64,000 nt of DNA from Acholeplasmataceae bacterium (lineage in GTDB: Bacteria > Bacillota_I > Bacilli_A > Acholeplasmatales > Acholeplasmataceae): NCBI GenBank assembly GCA_963675245.1, contig OY775910.1, forward strand, positions 32,001 through 96,000, given 5' to 3'. Shown piece after piece: positions 53,701 to 62,111 of this stretch (the stretch's first letter is position 1; every line of letters begins with the position of its first letter). The translations under genes and the position numbers were made by a program. The notes under the pieces were generated by a model that was given only the letters and a program-made list of their open reading frames with translations, ran no database searches and had not been told where the DNA came from.

Positions 53701-55216
53701 AGGTATTCAATCAACAACTATAACAAGTTATAATCCAGTCCTCATTAACTTTGTCAATAATAACGATTATGTGTTAACTGGTGGTAATGTAGAACGTGAC
53801 TATGAATACACCACAACTCCAGGTCCTTCAGCAGCATTCAGTGATGCAACTAACATGCTAGATGGAACAACATTATATGAAGAGGGAGACAACTTAGCAA
53901 GTTATACACAATGGGTAGCTGTACGTAATCTAGCTCAGTCGATACTTTATGAATACGCCAATTCAACATCGATGGAAAATGGTATAGATTTTAGCGATTT
54001 AGTCCCACGTGAACTTACAGCTATTCAATATTCAAGGATATATAATAATCAAATCAGTATCGCATTACCTAATCTAGACAATGCGGTGTATACATTAGCA
54101 AGTATCAATTCAACACTACCTGAGGGATTGAGTTTATCAACAGATGGTCAGATTACTGGCACAACCTCAACAGTAGGTACATTCTCATTTGTAGTGACAG
54201 TTATCGTTGATGATTATATCACCAGAAATATCCGTCATACATTAACCATAACACCAGCATTTTCATTCGTTAATATGAATGATTTGGAAGAAAATGTTGC
54301 TTTAACAGATGGTAGTATCATCAGTCATGCATTTATCATTGGTTCTTCTATCATTACTGGTGATATTGGTGATCCTTATTTAGGGCCATTTCTTATATCT
54401 ACTACACTTCAATCTATTGAATATAGCGTGTTTGAAGGTTCACTTCCAAATGGACTGACATTAGATACTTCAGGTAACATTACAGGAACACCTACTACTT
54501 CAGGTTCATATAATGTAACAGTACTTGCCCACATGAGTGGATATTCAACCAGTTGGAGCACATCAATTTTTCAAGACATTTTGATACCAACTACTTTTGA
54601 AGTTGCTGCTGGTATTCCACTTCCAACATATGATGTCACATTCGCAGGTAACTTCACTGGTGCTTCTGACGAAGTTGTTGCCGTAGTTCAAGATACACCA
54701 ATCGCAGCATTAGCAGCACCTTATCGTCCAGGTGCAATCTTCTTAGGATGGTTCACAGACGCAGCTGCTACAACAGCAGTAGACTTCAGTGCAAATGTTG
54801 CAGCTGATGTCACGTATTATGCTGGTTGGGTTGATGTTGTTGGCTTGGTTGAAGACCTTGCAGCACTTGACTCAGCACTTGATGCAGATGTTGCTACAAT
54901 CAATGCAGCTATCGATGCAGTCGATGCAGCAATTACAGCATTACAAACAACATTAGAAGCAGCGATTGCAGCTGGTGATGATGCTGTTGCAGCAGATATC
55001 GCTACTGATATTGCAGCTTTACAAGCATCACTTGATTCACTCAATAGTTCACTTGATGATGAAACAGGACGTATTGATGATATCGAAACACAATTAGCAG
55101 AAACTGGTTGTGGATCTGAAATCACTCTTTCAAGTACAATTGTTTTCGCGACAATGTTATTATTAACGGTTGCATTTGCATTTGTTATTACAAGAAATAA
55201 GAAGCAATTAAATTAA
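50786..55216 (+). CDS. Large surface protein: degenerate GH3, two Ig-like repeats, InlB-B-type repeat, coiled coil, C-terminal anchor
   Basis: Signal peptide; GH3 scaffold (VLLKN, NPSGK, YEEGIYVGYRWY, PFGYGLSYT, LREMYLKPFE); LPEGLSL/LPNGLTL Ig-like units; FLGWFTD repeat; GCGS-TM-RNKK tail. Confidence 0.9.
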   Translation: MRKIIIIFIFFVLLFSNSLMVFAAFTEGVNADYYPDFISWEEEQAAADKFNIELASESFVLLKNENRALPLTPDETNISLFGTGSYYWSSPGIRSVRPASVYDSLSSVNLSVNPTIARFYQMNWTNLEEPSLDNLEEMTYSYDMYDDAAVITIWRSVPEWNEVSLYETPGHTDLLDHTYSLTDNEKSVINGLTTKFDKVIVLISSGNPMELGWLEDHDGVDAILWIGYTGLNGRMAVGPMLVGETNPSGKTADIYPAKFSQDPTWANFKGNIQDQLIEVDGVLYTNYIGPGDPANVLAPAEISGLSNSSAEYLTYSRVTDISGNTVTVDGPNDSARYFTSLDYEEGIYVGYRWYETAAQEGFFSADSHGFTNAERLASLDEADPKYITPDLYYNRLDGVIYPFGYGLSYTTFDVDIQNVVHDGSLFLNGDTLNTAYNQEITLNISITNTGNFAGKKIVEIYYTAPYITGEIEKASINLINFAKSDYLYPGESQVIPVTIRIQDMASFDDVDANADGHQGYELDPGTYTLSVRDNSHDTLDSIDAVIAGDIVHYDIDADTGASIELRFTPETGDTTWDGSRSDLTYYNTRRTAFISPNSQMTYLTRADFDGTMPKAPTPADLAWSDEALMILLSQIYYSSFNDLPTDPWYIDESEFNEGGLYEDWTQVSEDDVSERVNGLVPIQLYDMSGVPLDDPQWIEFMNQLTWDEIRTLVSNGQYHTEAIDTIGKPRTNEVENFNAIGHGTFWVSQVNIASTWNIDLAYRHGRYLGNEAMLQEINGLYGPNLNIHRSPASNLNYSTYSQDGILAGLIGQNVVKGATDKGIVVYIEDALMDAQNTNHYTVTTFISEQALREMYLKPFEMAIKNGNANALMSSSNKIGIVSSQSNYNLHVGLLRDEFGFDAFSITSYYSWSTTPSATGDMCARVFQLPLGHYTDTFGRHIEGEWDDVNQNVIVTFNGNVTSGTRYISDTSEGIQSTTITSYNPVLINFVNNNDYVLTGGNVERDYEYTTTPGPSAAFSDATNMLDGTTLYEEGDNLASYTQWVAVRNLAQSILYEYANSTSMENGIDFSDLVPRELTAIQYSRIYNNQISIALPNLDNAVYTLASINSTLPEGLSLSTDGQITGTTSTVGTFSFVVTVIVDDYITRNIRHTLTITPAFSFVNMNDLEENVALTDGSIISHAFIIGSSIITGDIGDPYLGPFLISTTLQSIEYSVFEGSLPNGLTLDTSGNITGTPTTSGSYNVTVLAHMSGYSTSWSTSIFQDILIPTTFEVAAGIPLPTYDVTFAGNFTGASDEVVAVVQDTPIAALAAPYRPGAIFLGWFTDAAATTAVDFSANVAADVTYYAGWVDVVGLVEDLAALDSALDADVATINAAIDAVDAAITALQTTLEAAIAAGDDAVAADIATDIAALQASLDSLNSSLDDETGRIDDIETQLAETGCGSEITLSSTIVFATMLLLTVAFAFVITRNKKQLN

Positions 55217-55258
55217 TTAAATTTGAACATACCGCATAACATTATAAATAGTCTATTT

Positions 55259-55314
55259 AAAAAACCTTCCTTCTATAAGGACAATTCTTTCTTACAGTAT
55301 AGGAAGGTTTTTTT
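55259..55314. terminator. Bidirectional terminator
   Basis: AAAAAACCTTCCT...AGGAAGGTTTTTT between convergent genes. Confidence 0.7.
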
Positions 55315-55377
55315 ATGTATGTTTTATTGCAGTATATCTATTTTGGGGGTTTAGATTAATTGCTCATCCCTTTTTTG

Positions 55378-56271
55378 TTAATCATTTATATGAATACTAC
55401 CTGTATCCGTTTGAGCATTAATGTAATATGCTATGTTAGATAAAACTAAATCATAATTATTACCATGACCAACACCCTTAACACTGATTGTTCCTGTGCT
55501 TGTACTTAAGTGTAATGTGCGATCGAGTAGATCAACTTGACTGACATTTATTGATCCCGTATCACTTGATAAATCAATGCGGTTTGTCTCAATTGACGTG
55601 ATATTAATTGAGCCAGCATCAACGGTTGCAGCTAAATTTTCAGAAGTGATTTGATTAATCGTAATTGATCCTGTATTTGTTTCTAGGATTGCATCATTAC
55701 TTATGTCAACGTTCGTTATATTCAGACTACCCGTATCTGTTGATAAATTAAAATCTGTGGCTTGAACATTTTGAACATGAATGCTACCTGTATCTGACTC
55801 TAAATTGACTTCTTCTAAAGCATCAAAATCACTTAGAGATATAGATCCTGTATTTGCTAAAACATCAACGTCAAATTGATAACTTGATGGGATTGTTATG
55901 ATAACATCATTACGATTGCCAAATGGTAATCGCCATACAAACCAACCATTAATTCCTGGTTCATTTTGTTGTGAAATAGTTAATATGCCATCTTGTAATG
56001 AAATGTTCCATATTTCGCCTTCTATGCGATAATGATTGATGGTGATATCAGAATCATCTGTTGATATAATTTCAACACTTCTAGTGTCAACATCAACGAC
56101 TAATGATGTGATGATATCTGTATATACAATTGGATCTTGCTCAATATACTCATTATTTGATGTAACTGCATTAACCATCGAATCCCAAGTTGCACCACTT
56201 ACAAAACCAACACCGATAAACACAAGTGCCACAATAAATAATATAATAATTAAATTTTTAATGACTTTCAT
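55378..56271 (-). CDS. DUF4097 beta-strand-repeat (putative adhesin) protein
   Basis: N-terminal TM and repeated (D/N)TGSI units. Confidence 0.85.
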   Translation of the reverse strand: MKVIKNLIIILFIVALVFIGVGFVSGATWDSMVNAVTSNNEYIEQDPIVYTDIITSLVVDVDTRSVEIISTDDSDITINHYRIEGEIWNISLQDGILTISQQNEPGINGWFVWRLPFGNRNDVIITIPSSYQFDVDVLANTGSISLSDFDALEEVNLESDTGSIHVQNVQATDFNLSTDTGSLNITNVDISNDAILETNTGSITINQITSENLAATVDAGSINITSIETNRIDLSSDTGSINVSQVDLLDRTLHLSTSTGTISVKGVGHGNNYDLVLSNIAYYINAQTDTGSIHIND

Positions 56272-56845
56272 ATAAATCCTTCTTTCTGACGATTAATCGA
56301 CTAAACCAAATAGCCATATGTTCTAATAACCACCATGATGCTTTAACCATTACATATCCAATGAGTAAGCAAATGACTAACGCCAATAATGCGATACCAA
56401 TGGTTACCATAAATTCAGGCAACGCTAAGCCTGTAGAAAATCCACCAATGACTTGTATAATCACAACACCAAAACCACTTAACATCACAGCAACACCACT
56501 TATCAGAACTGAAAATACTGAAATCATGATTGACAAGTATACGACACCAAGTGGAATTAAAATAGGTGTCGAAAATAATACAAGAACAATCATCCATAAA
56601 TTAGATGTCATTTTTTCATCCTTACCAGTTCTTCTACTAATGACATTTGGAATCATAGACTTCGCAATTGATTTTGCATCATAGTCATTCAAAATTGAAA
56701 CAATGTCTTCACCGTTTTCCATACGGTCATCGATCATTTCTTCATAATAAGACAAAATCTCCGTCACTTCTTCTGATCGAAAATAACGATCTAATTCAAA
56801 TTTTAGTTCTTTCATCCATTCATCTTTTCTTTTTATATCATGCAT
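56258..56845 (-). CDS. DUF1700 membrane protein
   Basis: EILSYYEEMIDDRMENG followed by TM helices. Confidence 0.85.
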   Translation of the reverse strand: MHDIKRKDEWMKELKFELDRYFRSEEVTEILSYYEEMIDDRMENGEDIVSILNDYDAKSIAKSMIPNVISRRTGKDEKMTSNLWMIVLVLFSTPILIPLGVVYLSIMISVFSVLISGVAVMLSGFGVVIIQVIGGFSTGLALPEFMVTIGIALLALVICLLIGYVMVKASWWLLEHMAIWFSRLIVRKKDLYESH

Positions 56846-56853
56846 AAGATCAC

Positions 56854-57159
56854 CTATTCTTTCGTCAAGATATCAAATATTTTTTTAATATCTTTCCACT
56901 CATTATAGAAAATATTTATTTGTTCCACACCTTTTTTTGTGATACGATAATATTTCCTATTCCTGCCGTTATACAACCGATTGTAAGTTTCCAACCACTC
57001 TTGTTTTTCTAAACGTCTTAATATTGGATATAAAGTTGATTCACTTATATCGATATGAGGTTCTAAGTCTGCAATCAATTTATAACCATATGAATCTGAT
57101 TTAGTGAGAACGGCTAACACAAATATTTCTAATACACCTTTTTTTAATTGTTGCTTCAT
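56854..57159 (-). CDS. PadR family regulator
   Basis: QLKKGVLE, SYGY, ESTLYPILRRLE and RKYYRIT motifs. Confidence 0.93.
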   Translation of the reverse strand: MKQQLKKGVLEIFVLAVLTKSDSYGYKLIADLEPHIDISESTLYPILRRLEKQEWLETYNRLYNGRNRKYYRITKKGVEQINIFYNEWKDIKKIFDILTKE

Positions 57160-57180
57160 CGCATACCTCACTTTCACCAT

Positions 57181-57210
57181 TATTATACATTGCATAGTAT
57201 TATGTGTCAA
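57181..57210 (-). promoter_or_regulatory. padR promoter with overlapping operator
   Basis: TTGACA-17-TATAAT; imperfect palindrome TACTATGCAATGTATAATA over the spacer and -10. Confidence 0.8.
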
Positions 57211-57242
57211 GCAGTATATTCAATTTTATCTATAAAAAAATA

Positions 57243-57270
57243 ACAGAAACTACAAGTAGTTTCTGCTTTT
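57243..57270 (-). terminator. Intrinsic terminator after GT2
   Basis: CAGAAACTAC-AA-GTAGTTTCTG. Confidence 0.75.
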
Positions 57271-57293
57271 CTAATTTTCATTTAATAAAATGA

Positions 57294-58322
57294 TTAACCT
57301 AATTTAATTTTTCTAGTGAGGTGCAAATAACTCTGCATCATAACAAACCCTTTTAGTCTAAATGGTAAGAACGTAACAAGCGTATTATATGATCTATACT
57401 TCAAGAAATGATACATTTTCTTATCATACGCTTTAAGTTCTGCCCACATATCGTTGAGATGTTTCTTTCGATCTCTACTATATTCACCTGTCGTAAACAT
57501 TTGTGTAATAATCATCATGTCCATCAAAGCATGCTTCATATATCGCTTTAGCCCTCTTGGCATCGCTTGAAGTTCATCATAAGTGAAAGAATGCATAATG
57601 ATTTTAAATACACGGATTTGTTGTTCGTAACGTTTAACAATGTTATGTCGTTGTATTGACTGATCTTCACGACCGATGTAATAATTGTAGACAACCCTGT
57701 CGATATAATAAAGTGATTTAGTAGATGACAACGGTAAATATGATACGATATTATCTACATAAAATGTATGTTCTGGTAAAACCATTTGGCAATCATATAG
57801 TACAGATGTTTTATAAACTAATGCGTGCATTAATAATGTGCTTGAATAAGAAAATTTATGTTTTAAATGATTCCAGTCAATGATTTTTTCAATTGGAAAA
57901 TTTTCTTTATATGTTCTAACAAAACTTTTGCCTTCGTCATACTTATTATATAAAAAATCTGTGACATACAAATCAGGTGATACACCCTCTTTTAAATGTT
58001 GTGCAATTTTATCCAATAAATATGTTGCATTAGCGACATCTAACCAGTCATCCGAATCAACTACTTTAAAATATAGACCAGTTGCGTTTTGTAAACCTGC
58101 ATTTACACCAGAACCGTGTCCACCATTTTCTTTATCGATGACTTTAACTGTTTTGGGATATTTCTTTTTATATTCATTAGCAATCTTGATTGTATTATCT
58201 TTCGATCCATCATTAACGATGATAATTTCAACTCGTTCTAAATCAAACAAAAGCGTATCAATACAACGATTTAAATAGGCTTCTGAATTATAAGATGGAA
58301 CGACAAATGTCATTAATTTCAT
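57294..58322 (-). CDS. Glycosyltransferase family 2
   Basis: VPSYN, VNDGSKD, ENGGHG, VDSDDW and LPEHTFYVDN motifs; no TM. Confidence 0.93.
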   Translation of the reverse strand: MKLMTFVVPSYNSEAYLNRCIDTLLFDLERVEIIIVNDGSKDNTIKIANEYKKKYPKTVKVIDKENGGHGSGVNAGLQNATGLYFKVVDSDDWLDVANATYLLDKIAQHLKEGVSPDLYVTDFLYNKYDEGKSFVRTYKENFPIEKIIDWNHLKHKFSYSSTLLMHALVYKTSVLYDCQMVLPEHTFYVDNIVSYLPLSSTKSLYYIDRVVYNYYIGREDQSIQRHNIVKRYEQQIRVFKIIMHSFTYDELQAMPRGLKRYMKHALMDMMIITQMFTTGEYSRDRKKHLNDMWAELKAYDKKMYHFLKYRSYNTLVTFLPFRLKGFVMMQSYLHLTRKIKLG

Positions 58323-58435
58323 ATGAAACAACTCTCTTTCAATATCAAATTTTTTAGCGCAATACTATATTAACATTAAAACGATAATAAGCCAATATAA
58401 TCTTAAATAAATCATGAAAATAACACAAATTTAAT

Positions 58436-58470
58436 AAAAAACTTGACTCTCAGACAAGAATCAAGTTTTA
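58436..58470 (-). terminator. Intrinsic terminator
   Basis: AAAACTTGA...TCAAGTTTT with a T-run on the minus strand. Confidence 0.7.
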
Positions 58471-58482
58471 GATTAATATTAT

Positions 58483-59562
58483 TTATGCATTTTGAGCAAT
58501 AATCAATTCGCCTTCTTTGACGATTCGATCTCGTTCTTGAATCGCTGCAGATGCTAATTTAATATCTTCAGCAAGTCTTTCTTCAATTACTTGAATTTCG
58601 CTAGGGTCTGCTTGTTCTTCTATTTTCTTATCAAGTAATTTTTTACATGAAATAACTTTAATAATTTTCGATTCACATGTTGATCTAATCGATAACATAT
58701 TTTTTTCAGCAAGTTTAACATTACTTAATTTTTTCATCTTATTTGCTTCTTCTAAAGCCTTATCATATGCTTTTTGAGCAGCTGCAATTTTACCAGCATC
58801 AGACGTTTGTATCGCTGCATCTAATGCAGTTTTCAAATGTGCTGCATGTGCTTCTTTATGTTCCGCAACTTTGTGAACATCAGGAAAAATAACACGGAAG
58901 ATAAAGTAGAAGATGAGCATCGCAACGCCACCTTGGATGACCATGTTAATTAAATCCATAGCCTCTCTTGGTATACCTATGAATGCTTGATTCCATTCTG
59001 CAAGGTTACCAATAATAATCCAAATGACTAAGTTAATGCCTAACCAACCGATTAAATACCACATGGCTTGATACCAAGGATTCCCCTTTGATCGATACGT
59101 AAGATTTCTTTGTAGTGGGAAGTTAATGACTTGTGCTAAGAAAGTTGCAATTAACCATGAATAGAAATATCCTAATCCACCACCGATAATTGGCACACCA
59201 TTATCTCTTAAGACTGGGTAACCAAAGATAATAAATTTAAGATCAACACCACCAACCGTATAAATTACACCTGGCCAATCAATTGGTGTTGCTGCAAGTT
59301 CAGCACCAAAGAAATGGGGGATAAATAATAGTAAAATCCATTGGAAGATTGTCACTAAATTACTAAACAAGTAAAAGAGTGCGAATGTATATAAGAATTT
59401 AGACAATTTAGGTTTCTTATCTGAGAAGTTAGACCAAACACCTAACCACCAACGCCAAATTTTTTGTAGAAACGCTAACACATTATTGTCACTGTATGGT
59501 GAAAGTTGACTTTCAATTTCATTTTGAGTCAACAATTTGTAATTTAATCCTGTTTCGCTCAT
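58483..59562 (-). CDS. GtrA-like 4-TM membrane protein with C-terminal coiled coil
   Basis: Four TM helices; INFPLQRNLTY resembles the GtrA NFxxxRxxxF motif; ATGA overlap with the upstream GH3. Confidence 0.6.
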   Translation of the reverse strand: MSETGLNYKLLTQNEIESQLSPYSDNNVLAFLQKIWRWWLGVWSNFSDKKPKLSKFLYTFALFYLFSNLVTIFQWILLLFIPHFFGAELAATPIDWPGVIYTVGGVDLKFIIFGYPVLRDNGVPIIGGGLGYFYSWLIATFLAQVINFPLQRNLTYRSKGNPWYQAMWYLIGWLGINLVIWIIIGNLAEWNQAFIGIPREAMDLINMVIQGGVAMLIFYFIFRVIFPDVHKVAEHKEAHAAHLKTALDAAIQTSDAGKIAAAQKAYDKALEEANKMKKLSNVKLAEKNMLSIRSTCESKIIKVISCKKLLDKKIEEQADPSEIQVIEERLAEDIKLASAAIQERDRIVKEGELIIAQNA

Positions 59563-61997
59563 TGTACATTCTCTCTTTCCATTTTGCGTATTTTTTTTGC
59601 TTCTCTACCTGCCTTGAAGAAGTGACGTAAGCCTTTGAAGAAATGTCCGTTAAACATTTCAATCATTGCATGTAATTGTTTCCATGAAATCATACCACCA
59701 GACATTCTTGAAATACCTCTAAGCGGTTGTTGTAACATACCCATTGCGAGTACAGCTGCAACATCTCTCTTGCCAATAAATTTAAGAAACCAAATCAAGA
59801 ATCTGATTGCACCCGCAAAGAAACGACCAAACCAACCTCTCGCCCAGCGTAATTCTTCAATTGTTGTATTGACATGAACATAAATCCTATTCTTTTTATA
59901 GAACTCATAATTTGCCTGTGGAATGTCTCTTCCAATAAGTGCTTTAAAATCTTCATCTGATACATTCTGAACATCTGCATTTTTGTAGCTTGCGATATCA
60001 TTTTTAGGGAATTTCTTAGTTGTTCCTTCTTTTTCAATTTGACCTGATAATTCGATATCAACTGAAGAACTACCAATGTAAATATCATAAGCACCTTCTT
60101 CAACTTCAAATTGATTAGTTACCGTATTGAAATATCTAAATGTCAAGTCATCAAACTTAATGTTAACAGTTTTTGATTCACCCGGTGCTAATTCAACTTT
60201 TGAGAATCCTTTCAATTCCTTTGTAGGACGATAAACTTTTGATTTTTTAAGTCCTACATATAATTGAGAGATTTCTTTACCAGCTACGTTACCAGTATTT
60301 TTTACTTTGAAGGATACACCTTGTTCTTCAACGACTAAATCACTATAAGCAAACGTTGTATAACTTAGACCATATCCAAATGGGTATCTTACTTTGACAC
60401 CTGCGGTATCAAAATAACGATAGCCAACATATAAACCTTCTCTATATTCAGCAGTTAATTCCATCCCTGGATAATTAAACGCTGTTGAATAATCTGTGTA
60501 TTGATAGGCATATGATTCAGCTAACTTACCTGAAGGATTAACCTTACCTGTAACAACGTTTAAGACAGCTTGTGCAGCTGCTTGTCCACCTAAGAATCCA
60601 TGTACTAAGGCATTCACGTGTTTAACGAAATCCATTTCAATAACAGATCCACAAGCAAGTTTCGCTACAATTGGTTTGTTTAATTTAGCAAGTTCTTCAA
60701 CAAGTACTCTTTGATTTAAAGGTAATTCAAGATTTGGTTTATCCATACCTTCTAATTCAGTCACTTCATCTAAACCTAAATATAAAAGAATAACATCTGC
60801 TTTTTGAGCAAGTTTAATCGCTTTTTTAATTAATCCATTTGATTTTTTACCATATCGCTTAAATCCAGGTTCATAACCTACTGAACTTAAACCAGATAAT
60901 GATAGATAATCTAATGCTGAATCCAATTTTGTTGGATTAACAATTGAACTACCAGCACCTTGATATCTTGGGTTTTTAGCAAAATCCCCGATGACTGCCA
61001 CTTTAGTACCTTCTGCTAATGGTAAAATGTTATCTTCATTTTTAAGAAGAACAACAGATTCTTCAGCTGCTTTTTCAGCAAAATTATGATGTTCATCTTG
61101 ATCAAAAGGAATAATTTCTTTTTCAAATACTTTAGATGTGTCAAAGACGAGCGTTAAATAACGATCAACGGCTTCATCCAAATATTTTTCGTCAAGTTTT
61201 CCGGATTCGATGGCTCTAACGATGTCTCTATTTGTTTCTTCACCAGTTGTTGGCATTTCAAGTTCTGCACCAGCCTTCAATGCAGCAACACGATCATTAT
61301 TGCCGCCCCAGTCAGAAACTATAACGCCTTCGAATCCCCAAAGATCTCTCAATATTTCTCTTAATAAATGTTCATTTTCATTTGCGTAAACGCCATTTAA
61401 TAAATTATATGACGACATAATTGTCTTCGTATTTCCTTCTTTAACAGCAATTTCAAATGCTGGTAAATAAATTTCACGAAGTGTACGTTCATCCATGACA
61501 GAGTCGCTGACAAGTCTACGATGTTCTTGGTTGTTTGCAGCAAAATGCTTTACACAAGCAGAAATACCATTAGATTGAATACCTTTGATATATGACGCTG
61601 CCATTTTACCTGCTAAAATTGGATCTTCACTGAAATATTCAAAGTTACGCCCACAACGTGGATTACGTTTGATATTGGTTCCAGGTCCAAGAACAACATT
61701 GACTCTTTGCGATACAGCTTCATATCCTAAACGTTTCCCCAATTCTTCTCCTAGTGCAGGATTCCATGAATTCGCCATAGAAGCAGCTGTAGGAAAACAT
61801 GTCGCATTTAAACTTTCATTGAGACCTAAGTGATCAGCAGCTACCGCTTGTTTCCTCATACCATGAGGTCCATCAGCAAGGAACATTGACGGAATATCAT
61901 GTTGTTTTAAATCTCTTGTTTGCCAAAAATCCTTACCGGACATTAGCGACGCTTTTTCTTTGAGCGTCATCGAATCTATTAGTTTTTTATATTTCAT
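59559..61997 (-). CDS. Cytoplasmic GH3 beta-glucosidase, canonical domain order
   Basis: ADGPHG, GRNFEYFSEDP, KHFAANN and VSDW all intact; no signal peptide; amphipathic C-terminal tail. Confidence 0.95.
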   Translation of the reverse strand: MKYKKLIDSMTLKEKASLMSGKDFWQTRDLKQHDIPSMFLADGPHGMRKQAVAADHLGLNESLNATCFPTAASMANSWNPALGEELGKRLGYEAVSQRVNVVLGPGTNIKRNPRCGRNFEYFSEDPILAGKMAASYIKGIQSNGISACVKHFAANNQEHRRLVSDSVMDERTLREIYLPAFEIAVKEGNTKTIMSSYNLLNGVYANENEHLLREILRDLWGFEGVIVSDWGGNNDRVAALKAGAELEMPTTGEETNRDIVRAIESGKLDEKYLDEAVDRYLTLVFDTSKVFEKEIIPFDQDEHHNFAEKAAEESVVLLKNEDNILPLAEGTKVAVIGDFAKNPRYQGAGSSIVNPTKLDSALDYLSLSGLSSVGYEPGFKRYGKKSNGLIKKAIKLAQKADVILLYLGLDEVTELEGMDKPNLELPLNQRVLVEELAKLNKPIVAKLACGSVIEMDFVKHVNALVHGFLGGQAAAQAVLNVVTGKVNPSGKLAESYAYQYTDYSTAFNYPGMELTAEYREGLYVGYRYFDTAGVKVRYPFGYGLSYTTFAYSDLVVEEQGVSFKVKNTGNVAGKEISQLYVGLKKSKVYRPTKELKGFSKVELAPGESKTVNIKFDDLTFRYFNTVTNQFEVEEGAYDIYIGSSSVDIELSGQIEKEGTTKKFPKNDIASYKNADVQNVSDEDFKALIGRDIPQANYEFYKKNRIYVHVNTTIEELRWARGWFGRFFAGAIRFLIWFLKFIGKRDVAAVLAMGMLQQPLRGISRMSGGMISWKQLHAMIEMFNGHFFKGLRHFFKAGREAKKIRKMERENVQ

Positions 61998-62044
61998 AAA
62001 AAAACCTCCTAAATTTTGGCGGTAAACCCGTCACTTTTTATTTA

Positions 62045-62090
62045 TTGAGCATGTCAAGGTTTTATACATTCAAAACCTTGACAAACTCAA
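62045..62090. other. Long intercistronic stem-loop
   Basis: TTGAG..TGTCAAGGTTTT-ATACATTC-AAAACCTTGACA..CTCAA. Confidence 0.75.
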
Positions 62091-62111
62091 TTATATTTAC
62101 TACAAAAATTT

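Noticed and set aside
39400..55378. Direct repeats (att sites) bounding the accessory region
   Set aside because: No convincing repeat was seen between the ispG end and the 55.2-55.4 kb boundary, so the island limits remain approximate.
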